NCBI GenBank assembly: GCA_947455725.1
Contig: CANGPL010000007.1
Location: 6,847-70,846 of the forward strand
Source of the DNA: Hyphomicrobiales bacterium
GTDB lineage: Bacteria > Pseudomonadota > Alphaproteobacteria > Rhizobiales > Beijerinckiaceae
Direction: 5' to 3'
DNA length: 64,000 nt
Shown here in pieces: positions 24,170 through 35,573 of the stretch. Position 1 is the stretch's first letter. Each line of letters starts with the position of its first letter. The translations under genes and the position numbers were made by a program. The notes under the pieces were generated by a model that was not told the origin of the DNA, did not search any database, and saw only the letters and a list, made by a program, of their open reading frames with translations.

Positions 24170-25078
24170 TCACTTTTGACCGCTAGACCTGTCACCGGTT
24201 GGATGCTCGGCAACGCCAAGCGCATCGGCGAGGCGTTTGGCAGCGGAGCCCGGTTTCAGCGGCTTTTGCTGGCTTTCATGTGGCGCCCAACCTGAAATCC
24301 AGATGAATTCGAATGTCGCCCTAACCCGACCATCGGGATCGGAAAAGCGCTCGGCATAAATTTCGAACGTCCGCAGCAAAGTGGCGCGGCGCAGGGGCGT
24401 TTTACGACGTTCGATCAGGGCATTGGTGGCGCCCATGCGGCGCAAATCACGCATCAAGCCCAAGGGGCTTGCATAACGCACTGTGAAACTATCGACATCG
24501 GAGACGGGCAAGGCAAAACCAGCCCGCTGCAACAGGCCGCCAAGGTCGCGAATATCGGCAAAGGGTGCGACGCGCGGGCTAATCCCACCTTCGACTTCAC
24601 TCTCGGCCTGAACAAGGCTTTGGCGTAATTCGGTCAGGCTAGCGCCACCCAAAAGACACGCCAGAAACATCCCATCCGGACGCAACGCACGGCGGATTTG
24701 GGATAAAATCCCCGGTAGATCATCCACCGTTTGAAGCGCCAAGAGCGACACAACCGCGTCAAGGCTTGATGCGCCGAAGGGCAAAAGGCCCGTATCAGCG
24801 ACGAGTGCCGAAATATGACGATGGCCGATGGCGGCATAGGTTGGAGCAGCCCGAATAACCCTGTCCGCGCGACCGGATGCCAAAAGCACTTCGGCGGCGC
24901 GAGGACCCGGCGTTCCAAAATCAAGCACGATCGGAAATTGGCGCAGCACGGCGGTGAGCCGATCGGATAAATCGGCACTCGCGCGGGCGAGTAAAAAATC
25001 CTCAGCGCCCTGCCGGATCGCGCGTTGTAAACGCTGCCGGATCAGACCCTGTTCAAAAAGACGGGGAGCATCAACCAT
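24170..25078 (-). CDS. Class I SAM-dependent methyltransferase
   Basis: VLDFGTPG (motif I-like) and a DAVVSLLALQTVDDLP pattern. Confidence 0.75.
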   Translation of the reverse strand: MVDAPRLFEQGLIRQRLQRAIRQGAEDFLLARASADLSDRLTAVLRQFPIVLDFGTPGPRAAEVLLASGRADRVIRAAPTYAAIGHRHISALVADTGLLPFGASSLDAVVSLLALQTVDDLPGILSQIRRALRPDGMFLACLLGGASLTELRQSLVQAESEVEGGISPRVAPFADIRDLGGLLQRAGFALPVSDVDSFTVRYASPLGLMRDLRRMGATNALIERRKTPLRRATLLRTFEIYAERFSDPDGRVRATFEFIWISGWAPHESQQKPLKPGSAAKRLADALGVAEHPTGDRSSGQK

Positions 25079-25877
25079 GGCTGCGGTGTATGCTCATTTT
25101 TATCTTGAACGTCAAAGCGTGAAACGCCTGATGAAGCCATCCTTGACCAAGCTTTCTGTGTTTGGCCGAAAATTTATGGATCTTCTCTATCCGCCCGCCT
25201 GCATCGCTTGCGGAGCGGCGCTGGCCGAGCATGACGGGATTTGTCCGGCCTGCTGGCGACTCATGCCTTTTATCACCAAACCCATTTGCGACCGTTACGG
25301 CACGCCCTTGCCGGTTGATCATGGCGGGATGATGCTCTCGCCACTTGCAGTGGCCGAGCCGCCGGTTTTTGGGCGGGCGCGTGCGGTTACCCGTTATGAT
25401 GGTGTCGCCCGCGAATTGGTGCATGGGTTAAAATATGGCGACCGCATCGAATTGGCTGAAACCATGGGCGCGTGGATGGCCCGCGAAGGTGCTGATCTTT
25501 TGGCCGATGCGAACCTGCTTGTTCCCGTTCCTTTGCATTGGTTCCGATTATGGCGACGACGGTTTAATCAGGCGGCGGCGTTGGCCGATGTGATCGGCAA
25601 AAAGACGGGGGTTCCGGTGGGCTTCGAAACGCTAAAGCGCGTTAAAGCAACCCGCCCGCAAGTGGGCCTCACGCGTACGGAACGCGCGGCCAATCTTGAA
25701 AAGGCGTTTGCCATTCATGAGGTGGATCGTCCGCTTATCGTGGGCCGCCGGATCGTGTTGATTGATGATGTGATGACCACCGCCTCGACGGGCAATGTCG
25801 CAGCGCGAACGCTCATAAAAGCAGGCGCGGCATCGGTTGATCTTTTGGTCTTCGCGCTGGTGGCAAAGACTGGTTAA
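25077..25877 (+). CDS. ComF-family phosphoribosyltransferase-domain protein
   Basis: N-terminal Cys pairs (PPACIACG, CPACW) and a C-terminal PRTase motif (IVLIDDVMTTAST). The start is uncertain (25077 with GGGGAG upstream, or 25131). Confidence 0.75.
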   Translation: MAAVYAHFYLERQSVKRLMKPSLTKLSVFGRKFMDLLYPPACIACGAALAEHDGICPACWRLMPFITKPICDRYGTPLPVDHGGMMLSPLAVAEPPVFGRARAVTRYDGVARELVHGLKYGDRIELAETMGAWMAREGADLLADANLLVPVPLHWFRLWRRRFNQAAALADVIGKKTGVPVGFETLKRVKATRPQVGLTRTERAANLEKAFAIHEVDRPLIVGRRIVLIDDVMTTASTGNVAARTLIKAGAASVDLLVFALVAKTG

Positions 25878-25921
25878 TGATCTTATATTATGAAAAATCA
25901 CGTAGCCTGAGGTTATGAACC

Positions 25922-26179
25922 ATGCAGCCTGTTACCATCTATACGAAGTCCTGGTGCCCTTATTGCCACTCAGCCCTCGACCTTTTGAAGCAAAAGGGCG
26001 TGAAGTATGAGCAGATTGACGTTTCAGCCGGTGGTGAAGCGCAGGCTGCCATGGCGGTGAAGGCAAATGGCCGCTCAAGCGTGCCGCAGATTTTTATCGG
26101 TGATACCCATGTCGGCGGCTGCGACGATCTTTATGCGCTTGACCGCGCAGGCAAGCTTGATCCGCTTTTAAACGCTTAA
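25922..26179 (+). CDS. grxC: Glutaredoxin 3
   Basis: CPYC active site and 85 aa. Confidence 0.9.
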   Translation: MQPVTIYTKSWCPYCHSALDLLKQKGVKYEQIDVSAGGEAQAAMAVKANGRSSVPQIFIGDTHVGGCDDLYALDRAGKLDPLLNA

Positions 26180-26192
26180 GGAAATTTGCACG

Positions 26193-27047
26193 ATGTCAGC
26201 CCATTTCAAAGCCGCTTGCGTTCAAATGCGCGGCAAGCGTGACCCGGCCGCCAATCTGGACGACGCTATCCGCATGATCCGCGAGGCCGCGAAAGCGGGG
26301 GCTACCTATGTGCAGACGCCGGAAATTTCGAATATTGTGAACCGCGATCGCCCCGCTTTATTGGCTGCCATTCGGACCGAGGCGGAAGACCCGATGTTGG
26401 TAGCGTTAAGCGCGCTCGCCAAAGAATTGGGTATCGTGATCCATATCGGCTCGCTCGCCATTAAAAACGGCGACAAGGTTGCGAACCGCGCTTTTGTAAT
26501 CGGCCCCGATGGCGGCCTGCTCGCGCGCTATGACAAGCTGCATCTTTTTGATGTCGATTTACCGAATGGCGAAACTTGGCGGGAATCGAACACGTTTACC
26601 GGTGGCGTCGAGGGCGTGGCCGTCGATATTCCGCATGCCCGCCTCGGTGTGGCGATTTGCTATGATGTCCGCTTCCCCTATCTCTTCCGCGCCTTGGCGG
26701 ATGCGGGGTGCTCGATCTTATCAGCTCCGGCCTGTTTTACGAAACAGACGGGCGAGGCGCATTGGAGCGTTTTGCAGCGCGCGCGTGCCATTGAAAATGG
26801 TGCCTTTATGATTTCTGCAGCGCAAGCGGGGCTGCATGAGGATGGCCGCGAGACCTATGGCCATTCGATCATTGTCGATCCATGGGGCAAGGTTTTGGCG
26901 GAGGCGGGTGACGAGCCGGGCATTATTGTAGCCGATATTGATCTTGCTGCGGTGAGCGATGCGCGCGGGCGGATTCCGGCCTTGCGGCATACCCGCCCGG
27001 TTCATGTCACTCTTGCCAAAGCTACATCGGGAGAGCGCGCGGCGTGA
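26193..27047 (+). CDS. Carbon-nitrogen hydrolase (nitrilase-superfamily, Nit-like amidase)
   Basis: Family pattern YDKLHLFD and AICYDVRFP (catalytic Cys). Confidence 0.85.
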   Translation: MSAHFKAACVQMRGKRDPAANLDDAIRMIREAAKAGATYVQTPEISNIVNRDRPALLAAIRTEAEDPMLVALSALAKELGIVIHIGSLAIKNGDKVANRAFVIGPDGGLLARYDKLHLFDVDLPNGETWRESNTFTGGVEGVAVDIPHARLGVAICYDVRFPYLFRALADAGCSILSAPACFTKQTGEAHWSVLQRARAIENGAFMISAAQAGLHEDGRETYGHSIIVDPWGKVLAEAGDEPGIIVADIDLAAVSDARGRIPALRHTRPVHVTLAKATSGERAA

Positions 27048-27517
27048 TCAAATACCAACTTCAATGCGTGAATGAGCATCAATTCGAAGGCTGGTTTCAG
27101 TCTGGCGATGCTTTTGATACGCAGAAAAAGCGTGGTTTTGTCGAATGCCCCGTCTGCCAATCCAACAAGGTGGATCGGGCGATCATGGCGCCGTCGGTCG
27201 CGCGGACGGATAAGGAAATCGCGGCCTCCCTTCCCGTGCCGCAAGAGCCGGATTGGATCAGCACGGGAGCTGAAGCGGCTGTCCTGTCCGACGAGATGAT
27301 CGAATTACGCGAGCGTTTGGCCGAATTACGCGATGAAATGATCAAAAATGCTGAAGATGTCGGCGGAAATTTTGCCGAAGAGGCCCGCCGCATCCATTTC
27401 GGAGAAGCGGAGAAACGCCAGATTTACGGCCATACCTCTATAGACGAGGTGCAGGAGCTTTTAGAGGAAGGGATTAGTATCCTGCCTTTGCCGCCTGGTC
27501 GCGATGTGGGGCACTAA
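27044..27517 (+). CDS. DUF1178 zinc-ribbon protein
   Basis: MIKYQLQCVNEHQFEGWF...CPVC pattern. Confidence 0.75.
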   Translation: MIKYQLQCVNEHQFEGWFQSGDAFDTQKKRGFVECPVCQSNKVDRAIMAPSVARTDKEIAASLPVPQEPDWISTGAEAAVLSDEMIELRERLAELRDEMIKNAEDVGGNFAEEARRIHFGEAEKRQIYGHTSIDEVQELLEEGISILPLPPGRDVGH

Positions 27518-27522
27518 AGCGT

Positions 27523-28266
27523 TCAGTCCTTTTTCGCGCGCAGCATGTAATTGACATCCATATCGCGTGAGAGCTTCCACTCGTTCAGGAACAGGTTGAA
27601 AATCACGCCGGATTGGTCATCGACCTGCATCCCGCCTTTGGCAATCGCATCGCTTAATTCGCGCGGGGTGACGAATTTATCCCATTGATGGGTGCCTTTT
27701 GGGAGCCATCCCAGCACGAACTCGGCACCGACAATCGCCAGAGCGAAGGCCTTTAGCGTGCGGTTCAACGTAGCCATATAGAGTTGACCGCCGGGCTTGA
27801 CCGCTGCGGTACAGGCCGAGACAAACGCGCCGACATCGGCGACGTGCTCGACCACTTCCATCGCAAGTACGATATCAAATCGCTCGCCGGCCGCGACCAA
27901 CGCCTCGACCGTTGTCTGGCGGTAATCAATATCAAGGCCCGATTGGGCCGCGTGAAGCTTCGCGACTTCGATATTAGTGGGTGCCGGATCAATCCCGGTT
28001 ACTTTAGCGCCCAAACGGGTCAAGGGCTCACAAAGCAGACCGCCGCCGCAGCCAATATCGAGCAAAGTTAGGCCTTCGAGCGGCCGACCATTCTCGATAC
28101 TGCGGTTAAAATGATCAGCAGCGCCGTCGCGGATCACCTGCAAGCGCACGGGATTGAATTTATGGAGCACGCCCATCGGGCCTTTAGCATCCCACCAGGT
28201 TTTGGCTATGCGCTCAAACCGCGCAACCTCGTCTTTATCGACCGTGGCTTGAAACTGGGTGTCCAT
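27523..28266 (-). CDS. ubiG: Ubiquinone biosynthesis O-methyltransferase
   Basis: WWD...GPMGVLHKFNPVRL and LLDIGCGGGLL. The start was trimmed to ATG 28266, which follows GAGGAG. Confidence 0.9.
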   Translation of the reverse strand: MDTQFQATVDKDEVARFERIAKTWWDAKGPMGVLHKFNPVRLQVIRDGAADHFNRSIENGRPLEGLTLLDIGCGGGLLCEPLTRLGAKVTGIDPAPTNIEVAKLHAAQSGLDIDYRQTTVEALVAAGERFDIVLAMEVVEHVADVGAFVSACTAAVKPGGQLYMATLNRTLKAFALAIVGAEFVLGWLPKGTHQWDKFVTPRELSDAIAKGGMQVDDQSGVIFNLFLNEWKLSRDMDVNYMLRAKKD

Positions 28267-28420
28267 TGCGATGCTCCTCACCCTTTACGAACCAAAATCG
28301 GAACGGTTTTAAGTTGACAGCGTAAGGTTGCGCCGTCATGGATGTGCGCCTTTTTCACCTCGGATGTTCCTTAAAGCAAGCGCGCATTCGACTGATTGAA
28401 CCGAAATGATCTGATAAACG

Positions 28421-29674
28421 ATGCCAGTCTCTCCTCAAAAAAGCCTCGTGATGAAATTTGGCGGCACTTCCGTCGCCAATCTCGACCGTATTCGGAATGT
28501 TGCGCTGCATGTGAAGCGCGAAGTCGAGGCCGGTTATCACGTTGCCGTCGTGGTTTCGGCCATGTCGGGCAAGACCAATGAATTGGTTGCCTGGTGCAAA
28601 GACGCCTCCGCGCTGCATGATATGCGCGAATATGACGCTGTGGTCGCCTCCGGTGAACAGGTCACATCGGGCCTATTGGCCATCGCTTTGCAGAATATCG
28701 GCATTCCGGCGCGCTCTTGGCAGGGTTGGCAAATCCCGATTCTGACCGATGACGCGCATGGCTCGGCGCGTATTTTGGGGATTGATGGTTCCGGACTGTC
28801 GGACAGCTTCAAAAACAAAGGCGAAGTGGCCGTTATTGCAGGTTTCCAAGGGATTCATAAGGAATCGAGCCGCCTGACGACGCTTGGACGCGGTGGATCG
28901 GATACCAGCGCGGTGGCCGTTGCTGCCGCTATCGGCGCGGAGCGCTGCGACATTTATACCGATGTGGACGGGGTTTACACCACCGATCCGCGGATCGTGC
29001 CAAAGGCGAAGCGGCTCGAAAAGGTCGCTTTTGAAGAAATGCTCGAAATGGCCTCAATGGGTGCCAAAGTGCTGCAAGTCCGGTCGGTCGAGCTCGCGAT
29101 GACCCATCGTGTGCCGACTTATGTCCGGTCGTCCTTCGACGATCCGGCGGATCCAAAGCCAGGGACGCTTATTTGTGGCGAGGAGGATATTGTGGAACAG
29201 CAAATTATTACCGGAATCGCCTATTCGAAAGATGAAGCGCAAATCACCCTTCGCCGCGTGGCCGACAAGCCCGGCATTGCAGCGGCGATTTTCGTGCCTT
29301 TGGCGGACGCCAATATCAATGTCGATATGATCATTCAGGTTGTCTCGGATGATACGACGACGACCGATATCACCTTCACCGTGCCGACCGCCGATTTCGA
29401 GCGGGCCAAAACCATTCTTGAAGGGCTGCGCGGCACGATTGGCTATGCAACCTTGCAAGGTGCCAATGATGTGGTGAAAGTTTCAGCAATTGGCGTCGGG
29501 ATGCGCAGCCATGCCGGTGTGGCCGCCCGCGCGTTCAAGGCGCTCGCCGATAAGGGCATCAATATTCGCGCAATCACCACTTCCGAGATTAAATTCTCGG
29601 TTTTGATCGATAGCGCGTATACAGAGCTGGCTGTGCGGACGCTTCATTCCCTTTACGGCCTCGACCAAGCCTGA
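28421..29674 (+). CDS. lysC: Aspartate kinase
   Basis: VMKFGGTSV, C-terminal ACT domains. The start may be a few codons downstream. Confidence 0.95.
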   Translation: MPVSPQKSLVMKFGGTSVANLDRIRNVALHVKREVEAGYHVAVVVSAMSGKTNELVAWCKDASALHDMREYDAVVASGEQVTSGLLAIALQNIGIPARSWQGWQIPILTDDAHGSARILGIDGSGLSDSFKNKGEVAVIAGFQGIHKESSRLTTLGRGGSDTSAVAVAAAIGAERCDIYTDVDGVYTTDPRIVPKAKRLEKVAFEEMLEMASMGAKVLQVRSVELAMTHRVPTYVRSSFDDPADPKPGTLICGEEDIVEQQIITGIAYSKDEAQITLRRVADKPGIAAAIFVPLADANINVDMIIQVVSDDTTTTDITFTVPTADFERAKTILEGLRGTIGYATLQGANDVVKVSAIGVGMRSHAGVAARAFKALADKGINIRAITTSEIKFSVLIDSAYTELAVRTLHSLYGLDQA

Positions 29675-29842
29675 TATTCGGCCCTTAATCGACGGAAAAA
29701 GGCCTCGTCAATTCGCATTGGCGCGGCCTTTGCATTAATGATCAAAAATAGGTAAAGCATATCTGCAAGGGGCCCGGTTAAGTGGCCCTTTTGTGGTGGA
29801 ACAGCCCCGTCGTCGTCAGGACGGCTTAGGAACAAGAAGGCA

Positions 29843-32110
29843 ATGCGGTCTTCACATGGCGGACCTAGGGTTTTATTGCGCCGTCTCCGCGAAGTTATGG
29901 CGGAACCGGTCAGCGCACAGGCGCGTCTTGATAAAATCGTGATGGTCATCGCGGCCAATATGGTCGCGGAAGTGTGTTCCTTCTATGTGATGCGGGCCGA
30001 TAACACGCTCGAACTCTTCGCGACCGAGGGTTTGAAGCGCGAAGCCGTCCATATGACGACGATGAAGGCGGATGAAGGCCTTGTCGGCTTGATTGCGAGA
30101 CAGGCCGAGCCGCTTAATCTTTCCAACGCGCAATCGCATCCCTCCTTCTCGTATCGGCCGGAAACGGGCGAAGAAATCTATCAATCCTTCTTAGGCGTGC
30201 CCGTTTTGCGCTCCGGCAATACGCTCGGCGTGCTTGTTGTCCAGAACCGCGCCCATCGCGTCTATACGGAAGAAGAGGTCGAGGCGCTGCAAACCACCGC
30301 GATGGTGCTCGCGGAAATTATTGCTTCCGGCGAATTACAGGCGCTCGCAGGACCCGGTACCGGCATTGCGCTGCGTCGCGCGATGGTCTTGCCCGGACAA
30401 TCGCTTGCCGATGGTGTGGGCCTTGGTTACGCGGTGTTGCACGAGCCGCGCGTCGTGGTGTCCAATCTCATCGCCGATGATCCGGCTGTTGAGCAAACGC
30501 GGCTTGATGCGGCGATTGCCGAATTGCGCTCCTCGATCGATCAATTGGTGGATCGAGGCGATGTCGCGCATGGCGGCGAGCACCGCGAAGTGCTCGAAAC
30601 CTACCGCATGTTTGCCAATGATCCGGGCTGGACGCGGCGTTTGCGCGAAGCGGTGCAAACGGGCCTGACCGCGGAAGCGGCGGTTGAGCGCGTGCAATCG
30701 GATAACCGCGCCCGCATGTTGCGCCAAACCGACCCTTATTTGCGGGAACGGCTGCACGATCTCGATGAACTCGCCAATCGCTTGCTGCACCGGCTCTTGG
30801 GCCGCGACATGATTGACGGGCGGGTGACGCTTCCAGAAAACGCCATTCTGATCGCGCGCTCCATGGGGCCTGCGGCTTTGCTCGACTATGATCGGTCGAA
30901 ATTGCGCGGCCTTGTGTTAGAGGAAGGCGGCCCGACCAGCCATATCGCCATTGTTGCGCGCGCTTTGGGCATTCCCGCCGTCGGAATGGTTGAAAATATC
31001 ACCGGATCGGTTGAAACCGGCGATGCGATCATCGTCGATGGCGGCACGGGTCAGGTTCATGTCCGGCCACAAAGCGATGTCGAGGACGCGTTTAAGGAAA
31101 AGGCGCGTCTCCGCGCAAGGCGGCAGGAACAATACCGCAAATTGCGCGATGTGCCTTCGCGCACCAAAGACGGCGTCGATATCGGCCTGCATTTGAATGC
31201 GGGCCTGCTGATTGATTTACCGCATATGGAAGAGACAGGCGCGCAAGGCATCGGGCTTTTCCGGACGGAATTGCAATTCATGGTGTCGGCCCGCATGCCG
31301 ACCGCCAATGAGCAAATGGCGCTTTATCGCACCGTGTTTGATGCAACACGCGGCAAGCCGGTGACCTTCCGGACGCTCGATATTGGTGGTGATAAAATTC
31401 TCCCCTATTTGCGCACGGCGGAGGAAGAAAATCCGGCTCTGGGTTGGCGCGCCATCCGCATCGGGCTTGATCGGCCGGGCCTGTTGCGCGCGCAATTACG
31501 CGCGATGTTGAAAGCGGCCACCGGACAGCATTTGCGCATCATGTTCCCGATGGTGGCAACCGTTGACGAATTTGATCGGGCGAAAGCGCTCGTAAAACGC
31601 GAGATGACCCATCTCGAACGCTATGGCTATACGCTACCCGAAAGCATCAAGCTCGGCGTTATGGTTGAAGTGCCTTCGCTTCTGTTTGAAATCGATGACA
31701 TTGCATCGCGCGCCGATTTTCTCTCGGTAGGCTCGAATGATTTGATGCAATTTCTCTTTGCCGCTGATCGCGAAAACCCGCAAATGTCGGCGCGTTTTGA
31801 CCCTTTAAGCCCGTCCTGCTTAAGGGCGCTGCATATGATCGCTTATGCCGGCAAAAAGGCCGGTATTCCGGTAACTCTATGCGGCGAATTGGCGAGCATG
31901 CCACTTGAGGCCATGGTGCTGATCGGATTGGGTTATCGCTCTTTATCCATGTCGCCCGCCTCGATTGGTCCGGTAAAAGCGATGCTGCTTGAATTACAAG
32001 CCAATGCGGTAGAAAAACACCTGCATCACTTGCTGGCAAACGCCAATGGGGCTGCGACTTTGCGGCCAGCCATCAAGGCCTTTGCGCGGGACCATGGCGT
32101 GCCGGTTTAG
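29843..32110 (+). CDS. ptsP: PEP-protein phosphotransferase EI-Ntr (GAF + EI domains)
   Basis: [17 protein letters not shown]-terminus, GAF domain, phospho-His region [17 protein letters not shown]. Confidence 0.93.
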   Translation: MRSSHGGPRVLLRRLREVMAEPVSAQARLDKIVMVIAANMVAEVCSFYVMRADNTLELFATEGLKREAVHMTTMKADEGLVGLIARQAEPLNLSNAQSHPSFSYRPETGEEIYQSFLGVPVLRSGNTLGVLVVQNRAHRVYTEEEVEALQTTAMVLAEIIASGELQALAGPGTGIALRRAMVLPGQSLADGVGLGYAVLHEPRVVVSNLIADDPAVEQTRLDAAIAELRSSIDQLVDRGDVAHGGEHREVLETYRMFANDPGWTRRLREAVQTGLTAEAAVERVQSDNRARMLRQTDPYLRERLHDLDELANRLLHRLLGRDMIDGRVTLPENAILIARSMGPAALLDYDRSKLRGLVLEEGGPTSHIAIVARALGIPAVGMVENITGSVETGDAIIVDGGTGQVHVRPQSDVEDAFKEKARLRARRQEQYRKLRDVPSRTKDGVDIGLHLNAGLLIDLPHMEETGAQGIGLFRTELQFMVSARMPTANEQMALYRTVFDATRGKPVTFRTLDIGGDKILPYLRTAEEENPALGWRAIRIGLDRPGLLRAQLRAMLKAATGQHLRIMFPMVATVDEFDRAKALVKREMTHLERYGYTLPESIKLGVMVEVPSLLFEIDDIASRADFLSVGSNDLMQFLFAADRENPQMSARFDPLSPSCLRALHMIAYAGKKAGIPVTLCGELASMPLEAMVLIGLGYRSLSMSPASIGPVKAMLLELQANAVEKHLHHLLANANGAATLRPAIKAFARDHGVPV

Positions 32111-32177
32111 CGACGCTTTGTTCGCTCAAGCCCTCACCCTTCCCTTTTTCAAAATCCCCTTTTCGATCTGGTCTTTC

Positions 32178-33257
32178 ATGAAATTTGATACGCACAAACT
32201 TGATGCCATTCTCGCGCGCCATGCCAGTGTTTCGGACCGCCTCAACAGCGGACCGGACGCGGAATCCTTTGTCGCTTTATCGCGTGAACTCTCCGAACTC
32301 GATCCCGTTGTAGACGCTATTCAGACGGTTCGTTCGATTGGAAAAGAAATTGCCGGTTTGGATGAGTTGATCGCCGACGCCTCAACCGATTCAGACATGC
32401 GCGGCTTGGCGGAAGACGAGCGCCGCGAGGCCTTGCTTCGTCAGACGGAGGCCGAACATACGCTACGTTTGATGCTGCTCCCCAAAGATGCCGCCGATGA
32501 GCGGGGTGCCATTCTCGAAGTGCGGGCCGGTACGGGCGGCGATGAGGCAGCCCTTTTTGCCGGTGACCTTTTCCGCATGTATCAGCGTTATGCCGATCTG
32601 CGCCGCTGGACGGTTGAGGTGCTCTCCGCCTCTGAAGGCACGATGGGTGGTTATAAGGAAATTATCGCCGAAGTGCGCGGTATTGGCGTGTTCGGAAAGC
32701 TGAAATTCGAAAGCGGCGTGCATCGCGTGCAACGCGTGCCGGATACCGAAACACAGGGACGTATCCATACGTCTGCGGCCACCGTTGCTGTGCTACCCAT
32801 CGCAGAGCCGCTTGATTTGACGATCGACGACAAAGATCTCGTCATTGAAACCATGCGGGCGCAGGGCGCAGGCGGGCAGCACGTCAATAAGACCGAAAGC
32901 GCGATCCGTATGACGCATACGCCTTCCGGCATTGTGGTGATGATGCAGGATGAGCGCTCGCAACATCGCAACCGCGCCAAGGCAATGGATGTTTTGCGCA
33001 CGCGGCTTTTCGATATGCAGCGGCGTAAACAGGCTGATGCGGAGGCCGAAAATCGACGCGGCCAAGTGGGCTCCGGCGACCGCTCCGAGCGCATCCGGAC
33101 CTATAATTTTCCGCAAGGGCGGCTGACCGATCACCGGATCAATCTGACTCTGTATAAATTGCCAGAAATTGTCGCCGGAACGGCGCTTGATGACGTGATT
33201 GATCCCTTGATCGCCGAGCATCAGGCCGCGTTACTAGGAGCTGAGGACCGTTCATGA
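32178..33257 (+). CDS. prfA: Peptide chain release factor 1
   Basis: GGQ ([13 protein letters not shown]) and a PxT-type region. The start was trimmed to ATG 32178. Confidence 0.97.
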   Translation: MKFDTHKLDAILARHASVSDRLNSGPDAESFVALSRELSELDPVVDAIQTVRSIGKEIAGLDELIADASTDSDMRGLAEDERREALLRQTEAEHTLRLMLLPKDAADERGAILEVRAGTGGDEAALFAGDLFRMYQRYADLRRWTVEVLSASEGTMGGYKEIIAEVRGIGVFGKLKFESGVHRVQRVPDTETQGRIHTSAATVAVLPIAEPLDLTIDDKDLVIETMRAQGAGGQHVNKTESAIRMTHTPSGIVVMMQDERSQHRNRAKAMDVLRTRLFDMQRRKQADAEAENRRGQVGSGDRSERIRTYNFPQGRLTDHRINLTLYKLPEIVAGTALDDVIDPLIAEHQAALLGAEDRS

Positions 33258-34132
33258 ACCCTATTTCCGATCAAATGACGCGGATTGAAGCGCTCAAACA
33301 TTTGGGCGAAGTGTTTCGACAGGTGGGCATTGAAACGGCACAGCGCGATGCGCGGCTTTTAATGCTCGATGCGGCTGGCATCGTGCATACCGACCTTATC
33401 AAAGCGCCGCGCGAGGCTTTGGGCGCGGAAGCGGCACAAAAACTGGCCTCCCATGTCGAAAAGCGCCTGACCCGCGTGCCGGTAGCACGCATTTTGGGCG
33501 AATGGGAATTTTGGAGCCTGCCCTTTACGCTGGTGACGGAAACATTAGTACCCCGTCCCGACAGCGAAACTGTGGTCGCGGCCGCTCTGATCGCGCTTAA
33601 AGACCGCCGCCATGCGAGCGAGGGATTGCGTATTCTCGATCTTGGAACCGGCTCGGGCTGCCTGCTCGTCTCGCTGCTGCATGAAATGCCCGGCGCCACC
33701 GGAGTGGGCGTTGATATTGCGGCGGGGGCGGTTGCTACCGCGCGTCTTAATGCGGAGCGAAACGGGGTTGCCGCCCGCGCGGAATTTCATCAGGCCAATT
33801 GGGCCGAGGGAATCATCGGTCCGTTTGATCTCATCGTATCAAACCCGCCCTATATTGCCGATCCGATCATCGACACGCTGGAAGTCGAAGTGCGCGTTCA
33901 CGATCCGCGTTTGGCGCTTTCGGGCGGACGAGACGGGCTTGATGCCTATCGCGCGATTGCCGATGCGATCCCCGCTCTATTGGCGCCTGGCGGGGTTGTG
34001 GCGCTCGAAATCGGTTCGGATCAGTCAGAAAGCGTGCCAAAACTCTTCGCTCACCTCGGATATGAGCTGGAAGGCCCCTTTGCTGATTTTGGCGCAAGAC
34101 CGCGGGCGATTGTGCTGCGCCGTCCGTCCTAA
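33254..34132 (+). CDS. prmC: Release-factor glutamine N5-methyltransferase
   Basis: NPPY motif (VSNPPYI) and SAM motif LDLGTGSG. Overlaps prfA by 4 nt. Confidence 0.9.
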   Translation: MNPISDQMTRIEALKHLGEVFRQVGIETAQRDARLLMLDAAGIVHTDLIKAPREALGAEAAQKLASHVEKRLTRVPVARILGEWEFWSLPFTLVTETLVPRPDSETVVAAALIALKDRRHASEGLRILDLGTGSGCLLVSLLHEMPGATGVGVDIAAGAVATARLNAERNGVAARAEFHQANWAEGIIGPFDLIVSNPPYIADPIIDTLEVEVRVHDPRLALSGGRDGLDAYRAIADAIPALLAPGGVVALEIGSDQSESVPKLFAHLGYELEGPFADFGARPRAIVLRRPS

Positions 34133-34429
34133 ACCGAAAATCTTGGTTTTCAATCTGGTGTTAAACCAACAAAAAGGGAATTGCGGTTAAGAGATCAACC
34201 GTGTAGAGATGAAGGACGGATTGTTGGCCGAGAGGCTGGCCGGGCATATTTGAACCGAGCGAATGATCCGTCGGCCCATCTCTTAAATATAGTGAGCCAG
34301 TTGCCGCTTTCGTTTGGCCTTAGAGGCTTTGAGCAAGCAACCGGGAAGCCGCTTCGCACTGGCATATGAACCCCTAAAGGTCGAAAATAATTACCCATCA
34401 TGAATAATTATAGAGAAGAAGGTCGTTCG

Positions 34430-35365
34430 ATGAGACCTAATCATCAGAACAAGCGCATGCGTGGCCGCAACCGCGGTAATGGTGGCGGGGGTGGCGGCGG
34501 CAAGGGTCCAAATCCACTCACGCGCTCCTATGAATCGAACGGTCCTGACGTCAAAGTGCGCGGCACCGCCCAAAACATTGCCGAAAAATACGTGCAGCTC
34601 GGGCGCGATGCGCAAGCAACGGGCGATCATGTCGCGGCAGAAAGCTTTTTTCAGCATGCCGAGCATTATTTCCGGCTGATTGCTGCAGCCCAAGAACAGT
34701 TCCGCATCGCCAATCCAGGCTTCCGTGGCTTTGATCAGCCTGAAACCGACGGTGAAGAGGGTGATGAAGAAGCCCCCTTCGGCCAAGGCCAAGCGCAGCC
34801 AGAAACGCGCGTCTTTGGTCAGGGCCCATCCGAGGGTGAAGATGAGCCGCAAGGCGAGTTTCAACCGCGCGAACAATCCTACCAGCCGCGTGATAATCGC
34901 GATCAACGGGGCCCTCGCCCACCGCGCGACAACCGCAATTTCCAGCCACGCGAACAGCGTGAGCCACGGGAAGCATCAACGGGTGGCGAGTTCCAGCCAC
35001 GTGAGCAACGGGATTTCCAACCGCGTGAACAGCGCCCACCACGCGAGCACCAGCCGCGCGAACAGCGTGAGTTTCAACCGCGCGAACAACGGCCACCGCG
35101 CGAAGGCGGACGCTATGAGCGCGGCGATCAAGAGCGGCGTTTTCCAAGGCGCGATCCAATGCCGATTGAGGCCGAACAGCCGGGCTTGCCTTCCTTCATT
35201 ACAGCGCCTGTGCGCAACGTTATGGCTTCAGAAGCACCTATTGAGCCCATTATGGTCGAGGCTGCGGTGCCTGTTGATCCGAGTTTTGTCGAGCCGGTTG
35301 GCGTTCGCCGCCGTGGTCGTCCGCCAAAGATGCAAACTCCGGATGTTTCCTCCGACAGCGAATGA
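34430..35365 (+). CDS. DUF4167-domain protein with a degenerate FQPREQR repeat region
   Basis: The N-terminus MRPNHQNKRMRGRNRGNGGGGGG...NGPDVKVRGTAQNIAEKY is typical of DUF4167. Confidence 0.75.
   Translation: MRPNHQNKRMRGRNRGNGGGGGGGKGPNPLTRSYESNGPDVKVRGTAQNIAEKYVQLGRDAQATGDHVAAESFFQHAEHYFRLIAAAQEQFRIANPGFRGFDQPETDGEEGDEEAPFGQGQAQPETRVFGQGPSEGEDEPQGEFQPREQSYQPRDNRDQRGPRPPRDNRNFQPREQREPREASTGGEFQPREQRDFQPREQRPPREHQPREQREFQPREQRPPREGGRYERGDQERRFPRRDPMPIEAEQPGLPSFITAPVRNVMASEAPIEPIMVEAAVPVDPSFVEPVGVRRRGRPPKMQTPDVSSDSE
34855..35110 (+). repeat. Imperfect in-frame tandem repeats (about 6 copies of F/Y-Q-P-R-E/D-Q/N-R) inside the DUF4167 gene
   Basis: The units gagtttcaaccgcgcgaacaa and ttccagccacgcgaacagcgt recur. 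Read directly. Confidence 0.7.
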
Positions 35366-35393
35366 ATCGTGCTGAAATTAGAGCGTTAGACAA

Positions 35394-35420
35394 AAGGAGG
35401 TCCTCGGGCCTCCTTTTTTG
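35394..35420 (+). terminator. Rho-independent terminator after the DUF4167 gene
   Basis: AAAGGAGGTCC-tcg-GGCCTCC followed by TTTTTT. Confidence 0.7.
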
Positions 35421-35573
35421 TGGCCTTTACTTATGGGCCTACCCCTTTCGCTTAAGCCGAAGCGTTCTTATCTCTTGTTCGAAAGGCTCGCTCATGACTG
35501 GGGAGCTTCAGACAGGAGCGGCAATCCGGGCCTCATAAAAGGACGGATCTGGCGCGGCCAAAGGAGACACAAA

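Noticed and set aside
34855-35110. The repeat region, considered as a possible CRISPR or other spaced array
   Set aside because: The repeats are short, contiguous, in-frame and inside a conserved gene. There are no spacers or cas genes.
34391-35375. Alternative-frame and antisense ORFs (34391-34906, 34551-35159, 34680-35375) over the DUF4167 gene
   Set aside because: They are produced by the GC-rich repeat region. Only the 34430 frame gives the conserved DUF4167 N-terminus.
35440-35573. A possible RpoH (sigma-32) heat-shock promoter upstream of clpB (CTTG...)
   Set aside because: I could not find a convincing CTTG-N17-CYTATNT arrangement by eye. A PWM scan is needed before making any claim.
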